Shown piece after piece: positions 24,957-32,000 of a DNA stretch of 32,000 bases. How positions within the stretch are numbered: position 1 is the first letter of the stretch; the number at the start of each line of letters is the position of its first letter. The stretch spans positions 900,001-932,000 of the forward strand of contig CP064962.1 in the NCBI GenBank assembly GCA_016699145.1. The letters are read 5' to 3'. The DNA comes from Candidatus Saccharimonadota bacterium. Its GTDB lineage: Bacteria; Patescibacteriota; Gracilibacteria; UBA1369; 2-02-FULL-48-14. Under the pieces are notes generated by a model. That model had not been told where the DNA came from. It was given only the letters and a program-made list of their open reading frames with translations, and did not search any database. Both the position numbers and the translations under genes were made by a program.

Positions 24957-25427
24957 TCAGCAATCGCACTCAATCCGAAGCCGCTTATCTAGAAGATACA
25001 AAGACACTAGAAGTAAAACAAGGCTCAGCACTTTGAACAGTGCGCTGTACAGTGCAAAGACACTCAGACCAATCCCTAGCCCCAGAAAAGTGAGGCTAGG
25101 GAACACGCAAAGGGTACAAAAGGCACTGAGAAAGGCGAGCACGGCAGAAAGACTGAAGGCAGAGCCGCTGAGGAGCTTTCCTTTACTCTTCCTCCTATAC
25201 GAAAGGACAGAACCGCACAGGAACACACTCACAAGCAGACTTAAAACAGCTCCATAAATCAAATTGATAGGAGTCAAATTCCCTCCTTCCATACACGCTA
25301 GGCCGCTCGGGTCAGTACCTGGAAGCCTGTTTAGGAAGTAAGCATAAACTCCAAACAACACGGCCCAGAAAAAGAGTGTTGCTAAAACAGCTGAAGGTCT
25401 TTTGTAAAGAGAAAGAAGGCCTCTCAT
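24957..25427 (-). CDS. 4-TM membrane protein with Cys motifs, unknown family
   Basis: 156 aa. FCTLC sits in a TM helix and the C-terminus is CDC. Last gene of the minus-strand operon, with a 2-nt gap to the DsbA-like gene. Confidence 0.5.
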   Translation of the reverse strand: MRGLLSLYKRPSAVLATLFFWAVLFGVYAYFLNRLPGTDPSGLACMEGGNLTPINLIYGAVLSLLVSVFLCGSVLSYRRKSKGKLLSGSAFSLSAVLAFLSAFCTLCVFPSLTFLGLGIGLSVFALYSALFKVLSLVLLLVSLYLLDKRLRIECDC

Positions 25428-25429
25428 AC

Positions 25430-26089
25430 TTATTTAAGTTTAAGTTCAGCTTCGATTAAAGCCTTAAGTTCATCGTAAGTGGGGATGCCATCGAGTTGCT
25501 GTCCATTGAAGAAAATGGTGGGCGTGCTGTCCACTCCCAACGCTTTTCCATCCACCTGGTCTCTCAAAATCTTGTCTTCATACTTCGTGCTGTTGATGAC
25601 CGCACTGAAGGCTTCAAGGTCGAGACCCAGTTCTTCCGCATAAGAAAGGAAGAGTTCGGTTTGAGGAGTGGTTTTCTCTCCCCATTCAAGTTGATTCTCA
25701 AACAGTAAGTCGTGCATCTCCCAGAACTTGCCCTGCTCCCCTGCCGCTTCCGCAGACTTGGCTGCTAGCACCGAGTTGTTATGGAAGGGAAAGTTGCGAA
25801 ACACAAAGTTCACCTGGCCTTCGTAATCCTCTAAAATCTGCTTCAAAATAGGATGAGCCATTCTGCAAGCTTCGCATTCTAAATCCGCAAACTCAACGAT
25901 GGTGATTTGGTCATCGGCAGCGACAATCTTTTGACTGTCTTCACGAACGAGCAAACTGGCATCTGCAGGTGGCGTATCTACGACGGGCTCGCCTGCATTA
26001 TGAGATGTGCTGCTGAAGTAAAGAACTCCCAAAACGATAAGACCTACAGCAGTTAAGGTGCCTACAATGAATTTTGAATCTTCAGACAT
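25430..26089 (-). CDS. membrane-anchored DsbA-family thiol:disulfide oxidoreductase
   Basis: N-terminal TM. IVEFADLECEACRMAHP carries a CxxC active site. FRNFPF and GVDSTPTIFFNG indicate a thioredoxin fold. Confidence 0.85.
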   Translation of the reverse strand: MSEDSKFIVGTLTAVGLIVLGVLYFSSTSHNAGEPVVDTPPADASLLVREDSQKIVAADDQITIVEFADLECEACRMAHPILKQILEDYEGQVNFVFRNFPFHNNSVLAAKSAEAAGEQGKFWEMHDLLFENQLEWGEKTTPQTELFLSYAEELGLDLEAFSAVINSTKYEDKILRDQVDGKALGVDSTPTIFFNGQQLDGIPTYDELKALIEAELKLK

Positions 26090-26091
26090 AG

Positions 26092-26520
26092 TTACTTTTG
26101 GTTAGACTTACGAAATAAAAGAAGGGAGACCGTGATGACGGTGAAAGCAGTAAGAGACATGAAAGGAATGGTGATGAAGCCGAACCATTCAAAGAACTTG
26201 GTGGTACAGGATATTCCCGCTCGGCAAGGAGCTAAACTCTCTGGAATGATCTCCCAGTAGAGAAGGTTGTGATACACGGCTATACCAAAACCTATCAGGG
26301 ATAAAGGCAAGGCGTAGAGGTAAACTTTAACGTCTCTAGTGAGGATTCCCACGGCCAGAATGAACACCAGCGGGTACATGGCAATGCGTTGATACCAACA
26401 CAGCACACAAGGTGGCAGGTCCATGACTTCACTGAAGTAGAGGCTGCCTAGGGTGGCTACAAGTGACTGAATCCAGCTTAGATAGATGATGTACTTGGAT
26501 TGAAAAGAGGTTTTCATCAC
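26092..26520 (-). CDS. DsbB/BdbC-type disulfide bond formation protein
   Basis: LPPCVLCWYQRIAMYP, 4 TM helices, and a second Cys pair (APCRAGISC). Confidence 0.85.
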   Translation of the reverse strand: MMKTSFQSKYIIYLSWIQSLVATLGSLYFSEVMDLPPCVLCWYQRIAMYPLVFILAVGILTRDVKVYLYALPLSLIGFGIAVYHNLLYWEIIPESLAPCRAGISCTTKFFEWFGFITIPFMSLTAFTVITVSLLLFRKSNQK

Positions 26521-26525
26521 AAAAA

Positions 26526-26738
26526 CTAGTTAAGGAGTAAAACTTTGTAAGACCCTAGGCCCTCAATCTCACTTTTCAGCGCATCCCAGTCCAGACTTTC
26601 CTCATGCTCAAGCACCGTTTCTCCCGTTGCAAAATTCACTTCGCACGAAGTTACCTCAGGTATGTCTTTGCAGACGTCCTCAATCAGCAGTTTACAAGCC
26701 TTGCAGTGGGTTCCTTGAATGGTGAAGGTGGTTTTCAT
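26526..26738 (-). CDS. single-domain HMA (CopZ-like) metallochaperone
   Basis: 70 aa. FTIQGTHCKACKLLIE has a CxxC in the HMA loop. Confidence 0.75.
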   Translation of the reverse strand: MKTTFTIQGTHCKACKLLIEDVCKDIPEVTSCEVNFATGETVLEHEESLDWDALKSEIEGLGSYKVLLLN

Positions 26739-26748
26739 AATGAATAGG

Positions 26749-28128
26749 TTAAAGGGGTGTGGAGGGCACGACGTTCACAGTGGCAGTGAACATTCCCATC
26801 GAACAAGTGATGAGGAAGTCACTTTGAGGATTCTCAATAGGACCGAGTTCATTTTCGCCAGGGCTTAGAGTGGTCGATAAATTGAACTCTGGCACGGTGA
26901 GTGCGCTGATGCAGCCTCCAACGGTTTCATTCATGGTCGCTTTGATGAGCGTTGGCTTCCCCGCTTCAATGGTGAAAGAAGAAGGAGAATACCCATAGTT
27001 GGTCACTTCTAGGTTGATGACCTGCATGCCGTCCTCCTCCGTGACACTAAGCGAGCCAGATGTGTCAGACCCTTCCACAGCAGGTCCACTGAAGAATCCA
27101 TCCACATCCACGCCCGTGAGGATGAGTCCACTCTTAAAGTTGAGCAGAGCCAGCAAAAGCACCAAAGAACCCGAGAAACGAAGAAAGAGACGAGCAAGTC
27201 GCCCCTCAGCCGTGGCTGAAATGATGCTTATTCCTAGTAGAGCTGGCAAAGTTCCTAAAGCAAAGACGAACATCATGAGCGCGCCTTCCATAAAACCACC
27301 CGAAGCCAAGGCAGCGAGTTGCAAGGATTGAGTGAATCCACAGGGCAAAAAGAACGTGAGCGCCCCTAAAGCAAACGGCGCAAAGGGATGTTCATGTTCA
27401 GAGAGATTCGCAATCCAATGCGAAACGGCTTTTGGGGGCTTAATTAGAAAACTGCCCTTGGGGATGATTTTTAGAATAGAAAGGGCCAAGTAAAACATCA
27501 CGAGAGCGATCACAATGTTCATGAAGCCCGTCATGCGGGTGCTGAGAGCAATGGACTGGCCCAAAATGCCCACCACACCTCCTAAAAAGAAGTAAGAAAT
27601 TAGGCGACCAAGATTGAATGAAAGAAGAGGTTTAAATTTCTGCCAACGAGACTCAGCTTGATGCACTTGGTTATGCTTTGCAGCCATGCTCAGGAGCAGC
27701 CCGCCCGTCACCGCCAAGCAACTGGAAGTCCCAGCCACGAGGCCAATCACAAAGACTCCAGCTAAAGTTGTTGCCCCTTCCACCGAGGGAGCGAGTGAAA
27801 AAATATCAAAACCTTTCAAAACTTGGTAAAGGGCAAAAATTAGCAATAGCGAGGCCCCGATCTCAACCCACTTTTGATCGTTGGTTTCTAGTTTTTTCAC
27901 AGACTCTTTTGTCAAAGAGTATCCAGCTTCCTGAATGGCAGCTTCAATTACTTCTGGAGCGGGTGGATTCTCAGCATCCACTTTAAGAACCGTAAAACCA
28001 GTGCGGTGATTGGAATGCACTTTAAGCACGCCAGGAATTTTCTTGAGTTTTCGTTCAACCATGAGTTCGCAGCTCCCGCAGGTCATGCCCTGAACGGTCA
28101 GCCTAATCGAGTTGTCGTTATTTTCCAT
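26749..28128 (-). CDS. tripartite fusion: HMA domain, DsbD_2/UreH-like (TauE-annotated) membrane domain, and a C-terminal cupredoxin-like domain
   Basis: N-terminal LTVQGMTCGSCELMV. The membrane core carries TSSCLAVTGG and FFLPCGFTQS. The C-terminal domain reads VINLEVTNYGYSPSSFTIEAGKPTLIKATMNETVGGC...ITCSMGMFTATVNV. Confidence 0.65.
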   Translation of the reverse strand: MENNDNSIRLTVQGMTCGSCELMVERKLKKIPGVLKVHSNHRTGFTVLKVDAENPPAPEVIEAAIQEAGYSLTKESVKKLETNDQKWVEIGASLLLIFALYQVLKGFDIFSLAPSVEGATTLAGVFVIGLVAGTSSCLAVTGGLLLSMAAKHNQVHQAESRWQKFKPLLSFNLGRLISYFFLGGVVGILGQSIALSTRMTGFMNIVIALVMFYLALSILKIIPKGSFLIKPPKAVSHWIANLSEHEHPFAPFALGALTFFLPCGFTQSLQLAALASGGFMEGALMMFVFALGTLPALLGISIISATAEGRLARLFLRFSGSLVLLLALLNFKSGLILTGVDVDGFFSGPAVEGSDTSGSLSVTEEDGMQVINLEVTNYGYSPSSFTIEAGKPTLIKATMNETVGGCISALTVPEFNLSTTLSPGENELGPIENPQSDFLITCSMGMFTATVNVVPSTPL

Positions 28129-28169
28129 AATAAATAAAGAATTAAGAATACGAGCTTCTCAATTCTTTT

Positions 28170-28487
28170 CTATATTCGAAGAACCGTGGTCTTTGTCGAA
28201 GAGAACGGAGGAAATTTCGGTGGAGAGTGAAACCTTAGGGTATCAAAAGATTGAGACGAAAGGCTGATGGTGGCGTGCGCTACCTGTGCCGAGAGTTCGG
28301 GCGAAAGAGGGCTTGAGAGAGTCAAAACCTCCTCGCCTTCATTCACATGGTTCAAGCAATGAGTTTCTGAGCAGTCTTCTTGCGCCACTTCAGCTGTTTC
28401 GTGATGCATCAAACTCATACCGATCTGCATGGGGCAAATAGTATGGAGCGAGAGCAAACCGAGAAGGAGAAAGCCAAAGATTTTCAC
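28170..28487 (-). CDS. small membrane protein with a C-x3-HC motif (divergent third member of the small-protein family)
   Basis: 105 aa: N-terminal TM, C39-x3-H43-C44, and the C-terminus KTTVLRI. First gene of the minus-strand operon. Confidence 0.45.
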   Translation of the reverse strand: MKIFGFLLLGLLSLHTICPMQIGMSLMHHETAEVAQEDCSETHCLNHVNEGEEVLTLSSPLSPELSAQVAHATISLSSQSFDTLRFHSPPKFPPFSSTKTTVLRI

Positions 28488-28565
28488 CGCTTCAGTCTAA
28501 GGTAAACTGGCTTTCATGTAAACAATCCTCAGTCTTCAACAAACAGGAAAAACTCGACTCTCTAT

Positions 28566-28703
28566 CCCCTAGGTCTTAGGGTCATAGGTTCAAATGATGC
28601 ACTTCTAAAAAAGTGAGGAGGAAGACTTGAGCGTGCGTAGTCTTTTTTCGTTGGGTCTCGTAGGCCCCGACGGCAAGAAACACTTGAGACGGTACAAAAA
28701 GGA
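28566..28703 (+). repeat. degenerate third copy (R3) of the 146-bp repeat family
   Basis: The left end cccctaggt...gggtcataggttcaaat resembles ccctaggtagtacggtcatcgttttcaat in R2. The right end ACACTTGAGACGGTACAAAAAGG matches ACACTTGAGACAGTATAAAAAGG in R2. The interior is diverged or deleted. Confidence 0.45.
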
Positions 28704-28726
28704 ATTATTTGTAATGGGAGTCTCAA

Positions 28727-28756
28727 TTGACTTATAATACCCCCTATGGGTATTAT
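28727..28756 (+). promoter_or_regulatory. csoR-2 promoter with a CsoR-type operator in the spacer
   Basis: TTGACT (28727-28732), 18-nt spacer, TATTAT (28751-28756). The operator AATACCC-cctat-GGGTATT spans 28736-28754. The ATG at 28765 is 9 nt past the -10. Confidence 0.5.
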
Positions 28757-28764
28757 GGGTACAT

Positions 28765-29037
28765 ATGAGAAAAGACATCAAGCTCAAAGCCATTCGTCGT
28801 CTAAAAATCATTGAAGGTCAAATTCGTGGTCTTCAAAAAATGGTTGAGGATGAGAGCTACTGCGTAAATATAATCACTCAATCCAGCGCAGTTAAAGAAG
28901 CACTCTCTGGCATTGAAGATTTGGTCTTAGAGAACCACCTCTCCACTCACGTTATCGAGCAAATGAAAAATGGAAAAGAAGATCAAGCCGTTGAAGAAAT
29001 ACTGAAGGTTTACAAGCTTGCTCAAAAGAAAAAATAA
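28765..29037 (+). CDS. csoR: CsoR/RcnR-family repressor, copy 2
   Basis: 81 of 90 residues identical to copy 1 by my count. Same C33/H58/H62. Confidence 0.85.
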   Translation: MRKDIKLKAIRRLKIIEGQIRGLQKMVEDESYCVNIITQSSAVKEALSGIEDLVLENHLSTHVIEQMKNGKEDQAVEEILKVYKLAQKKK

Positions 29038-29056
29038 TACGATCTAAACTCTAGGT

Positions 29057-29365
29057 ATGAAATCACTAAAGACGAAAATCTTGTGGATGCTGATTGTGGG
29101 ATTGAGCCTACTCCAGTTCTCCTTTGCCCTACTAATGAGCAACCAAGGGCATGAAAATACCTGCGCATTTAGTGAGCACTGCATCCTTGAGTCAGCAGTA
29201 AATCAAAGTGAAGCAGTCCTCCCACTACTACTCACCTTAGCTGTTCCAGTATTTTTTGTTTTTCTTTCTCACTCTGAAAATAAATCTTCCTTAAATTTTG
29301 TACCGCTGCGTCCAGATACAAACCTTCTCCGGCGTACCTTAAAAGGAGTCATACAGAGAGAGTGA
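29057..29365 (+). CDS. small membrane protein with a C-x4-HC motif, family copy 2
   Basis: 102 aa. C36-x4-H41-C42 and the C-terminus LKGVIQRE. Confidence 0.6.
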   Translation: MKSLKTKILWMLIVGLSLLQFSFALLMSNQGHENTCAFSEHCILESAVNQSEAVLPLLLTLAVPVFFVFLSHSENKSSLNFVPLRPDTNLLRRTLKGVIQRE

Positions 29366-29402
29366 CAGGCGATTGAGTCGATTTAGCCTATAACTCACTG
29401 AT

Positions 29403-31289
29403 ATGAAAAAAATACTTTCACTCCTACTTGGCACGGCACTCATTTTAAGTGCTTGCCAAAGTCAAAATACAGATACGGTGCAAAAAGAAAGTTCACTTGA
29501 TAAAAAGGTCTATGTTGCCGTAGAAAACGACAATGAAGTTGCCGTTTTCGATCCCACCTCAGGCATTATTTTAAAGAGAGTAGACCTTCCGGGCATGCCC
29601 CATAACGTTCAAGTTTCGCCATCTGGGGAAACGGTTTGGGTGACAGTGAATGCAATGGGTGAAGAGGAAGGTGAAAAAGAGGAAATGCATTCAAGTGGAA
29701 GCGATCTTGCAGAAGAAGACCAATTGGTTGTTATCTCTACAGAAACCGACGAAATCATGCAGCGAGTGACTTTGGGAACCGACTTGCACCTCGCCCACGT
29801 TGTTCTCAGCCCAGACAGCCAATGGGTCTATGCTACGGCACAAGAAGGAAATGAAATCTTCATAGTAAACGCAAAAACATACACACTTGAAAAAACAATA
29901 GAGCTTCCAGAAGGAGCTGAGCCTCATGGTTTGCGATTGAGTACCGATGGAAGTCTGGCCTATGTGGCCCTCATGGGAGCAAAAGGAATGGGCATCTTAA
30001 ATCTCGCAACGGAAGACCTTGAAGTCGTTAACTTCAATGATGCAGTGGTGCAAACGGGGGTCACTCTCGATGGGAAGTGGACATTTGCCTCTCTTTATTC
30101 CACCAAACAGTTAGGCCTTTACAACATAGAAACAAAAACGGTCAGCAAAGTGTCACTTCCAGAAGCCAAGGGACCAGTACAGGTTTATGCGACTCCCGAT
30201 TCTCGTTATGTCTATGTTGCCGATCAAGGCTTTTACTTCGACCAGCCCACAAACGATAAAGTTTATAAGGTCGATCTAGAATCTCAAGAAGTTGTGGCAA
30301 CCATCACGGCTGGAGAAGGGCCTCATGGTGTGGCCATTTCCAAAGATGGTTCGCAGGTCTACATCACCAATATTGTGAGTGGGGATCTCTCCATCATTGA
30401 TACAAAAACGGATCAGGTAATCAGAACAATCGAAATAGGAGACGCTCCCAATGGAGTGAGTGTTTGGGAGCGAGAAACAAGTGAACCATCGGTTTCTCTG
30501 ACTGAGGTGAATAGCATCTCTCACTCACATGGAATAGCCGTGGCGATTGATGATCCAAGCAAACTTTATATTGCGACTCACGAAGGGCTACTGGTTTTGA
30601 AAAATGATAAGGATTTGTATCGTATTGGAAGCACGACACACGACTTGATGGGCTTCACCGTTGACGGCAAAAATCCGATGACTTTCTACGCCAGTGGACA
30701 CCCTTCGTTTGGTGGTAATAGTGGCTTTCAAAAGACAACGGATGGCGGTGAAACATGGAATAAAGTATCGGATGGGATTGATGGACCTGTTGATTTTCAC
30801 GCCATGACGGTGAGTCCAGTAAACCCAGATATTGTTTACGGTTACTTCCATTCGAAAATTCAAAAAAGCATCGATGGTGGTACAACTTGGTCATTGCTCC
30901 CAAGCCAGCCAGAAAGCATCTTCAGTCTAGTGGCAGATAGGGTGGATGAAAAAACACTCTACGCAAATACAAAACAAGGCATTTGGGTGAGCAAAGACGG
31001 CGGTGAAAGCTGGGCATCACTTTCAGACGATTTAGCCTCCAGCGCAGTTTTAACTTTGGGTCAAAATCCTCAGGATACAAACGAAATGCTTAGTTTCTCT
31101 GATGCTCTTGGCCTGGCTTCGAGCAGTGACAGCGGAAAAACTTGGACCTCTGTTTCAGGAGCACCGGATGCCATTCTCTACTTCATGACTTATTCATCCA
31201 CTGACCCTAAGTTTGTTTACGCTATAGACGGGAACAGCGAAATCTATAAGAGTGAGGACGGAGGAATGAATTGGCAAAAAATCTACTAA
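29403..31289 (+). CDS. lipoprotein fusing a YVTN-type beta-propeller to an Asp-box (BNR-like) beta-propeller
   Basis: Lipobox LILSAC. N-terminal YVTN-like repeats (VYVAVENDNEVAVFD, PHGLRLSTDGSLAYVA, GPHGVAISKDGSQVYITN...SIIDT). The C-terminal half has TTDGGETW, SIDGGTTW, SKDGGESW, SSDSGKTW and SEDGGMNW. Confidence 0.75.
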   Translation: MKKILSLLLGTALILSACQSQNTDTVQKESSLDKKVYVAVENDNEVAVFDPTSGIILKRVDLPGMPHNVQVSPSGETVWVTVNAMGEEEGEKEEMHSSGSDLAEEDQLVVISTETDEIMQRVTLGTDLHLAHVVLSPDSQWVYATAQEGNEIFIVNAKTYTLEKTIELPEGAEPHGLRLSTDGSLAYVALMGAKGMGILNLATEDLEVVNFNDAVVQTGVTLDGKWTFASLYSTKQLGLYNIETKTVSKVSLPEAKGPVQVYATPDSRYVYVADQGFYFDQPTNDKVYKVDLESQEVVATITAGEGPHGVAISKDGSQVYITNIVSGDLSIIDTKTDQVIRTIEIGDAPNGVSVWERETSEPSVSLTEVNSISHSHGIAVAIDDPSKLYIATHEGLLVLKNDKDLYRIGSTTHDLMGFTVDGKNPMTFYASGHPSFGGNSGFQKTTDGGETWNKVSDGIDGPVDFHAMTVSPVNPDIVYGYFHSKIQKSIDGGTTWSLLPSQPESIFSLVADRVDEKTLYANTKQGIWVSKDGGESWASLSDDLASSAVLTLGQNPQDTNEMLSFSDALGLASSSDSGKTWTSVSGAPDAILYFMTYSSTDPKFVYAIDGNSEIYKSEDGGMNWQKIY

Positions 31290-31302
31290 CCCAATCTACA
31301 CA

Positions 31303-32000
31303 ATGAAAAAACCCTCACTTCTCCTAACGTTTTTTATTCTCACATTTTTGACAGCCTGCCAAAGTACGAGTCAAGACTCAACAATGGAAGAAACTTCCGA
31401 AGCACCTTTGGCCTCAAGTACTCAAATCGTAGAGCTGAAGGATGGGGACACCTACGATCTTGAATCCTCATTTGTTGAGAAAGAACTCAATGGCTCACTC
31501 TACAAAATGTTGGCTTATAACGGTTCTATTCCCGGCCCCACGCTCAAGGTGAAACAAGGTTCTACTATCACGATCAACTTCACAAACAACACAGACATTG
31601 AAACCACTCTCCATTCGCACGGAGTACGTTTAGACAACGCTTTCGATGGAGTCCCGGACGTGACCCAAGAGGCAATCCAGCCAGGAGAAACGTTCACATA
31701 CTCAGTTCGCTTCGATGATTCAGGTGTATTTTGGTACCATCCTCATTTAAGAGAAGACTACGCCCAAGACATGGGACTCTATGGCAATTACATCATCGTT
31801 GCCGATGAAGAAGACTGGTCCCCAGTGAATAGAGAAGAAACCTTGATGGTCGATGACATCCTTATGCAAGGAAACGAACTGGCCTCCTATTCCTTTAATG
31901 AAGTCACTCACACCCTCATGGGTCGCTTTGGAAACACCATGCTGGTGAACGGCAGCACGGATTACGGACTGACGGCAAAGAAAGGTGAAGTCATACGCTT
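31303..32000 (+). CDS. multicopper oxidase lipoprotein, 3' end beyond the window
   Basis: Absent from the ORF track because no stop is reached. My translation from the ATG at 31303 gives MKKPSLLLTFFILTFLTAC..., YNGSIPGPTLKV, TTLHSHGVRL and GVFWYHPHLRED, which include the MCO HxH and WYHPH copper motifs. Confidence 0.8.
   Translation, partial: MKKPSLLLTFFILTFLTACQSTSQDSTMEETSEAPLASSTQIVELKDGDTYDLESSFVEKELNGSLYKMLAYNGSIPGPTLKVKQGSTITINFTNNTDIETTLHSHGVRLDNAFDGVPDVTQEAIQPGETFTYSVRFDDSGVFWYHPHLREDYAQDMGLYGNYIIVADEEDWSPVNREETLMVDDILMQGNELASYSFNEVTHTLMGRFGNTMLVNGSTDYGLTAKKGEVIR

Noticed and set aside
28605-28811. 68-aa minus-strand ORF spanning R3, the csoR-2 operator and the csoR-2 start.
   Set aside because: It overlaps the promoter, the operator and the 5' end of a well-supported gene. 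It is Arg/Ser-rich and most likely spurious.

Overview
The window looks like an accessory metal-homeostasis island from an uncultivated bacterium. The envelope appears monoderm-like (an SLH-domain surface protein and many lipoproteins), mid GC by eye, with almost no Shine-Dalgarno motifs. I cannot assign a taxon from sequence alone. I found no rRNA, tRNA, CRISPR array, integrase or transposase.

Gene content, left to right:
- 1-2840: small membrane proteins, a GerMN-domain protein and a DoxX protein.
- 2863-8156, copper module 1: csoR, a disrupted copA, a small C-x4-HC membrane protein, an Asp-box propeller lipoprotein, a NirK-like cupredoxin enzyme and a Met-rich DUF305 protein.
- 8176-12054: lipoprotein and DUF218 genes, then an AT-richer islet with an AbiEii-type toxin pair, DUF1801, DUF2188 and a P-loop fragment.
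- 12055-14349 (minus strand): a 764-aa SLH + FG-GAP surface protein.
- 14464-17778: three genes I cannot assign to any family, bracketed by 146-bp direct repeats. This is my best candidate for something undescribed.
- 17840-21420, a decaying cation-diffusion-facilitator (CDF) region: one short CDF, a frameshifted czcD, uppP, and two copies of a CDF 5' end flanking a DUF1624 gene.
- 21421-24931, copper module 3: a DUF962-like gene divergent from csoR-3, then a YHS protein, a small membrane protein and an intact copA.
- 24957-28487 (minus strand): a tightly packed six-gene thiol/disulfide and HMA operon.
- 28727-32000, copper module 2: csoR (about 90% amino-acid identity to copy 1), the small C-x4-HC protein, a YVTN + Asp-box double propeller and a multicopper oxidase cut by the right edge.

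All family calls come from motifs I read in the translations. No database search was run.
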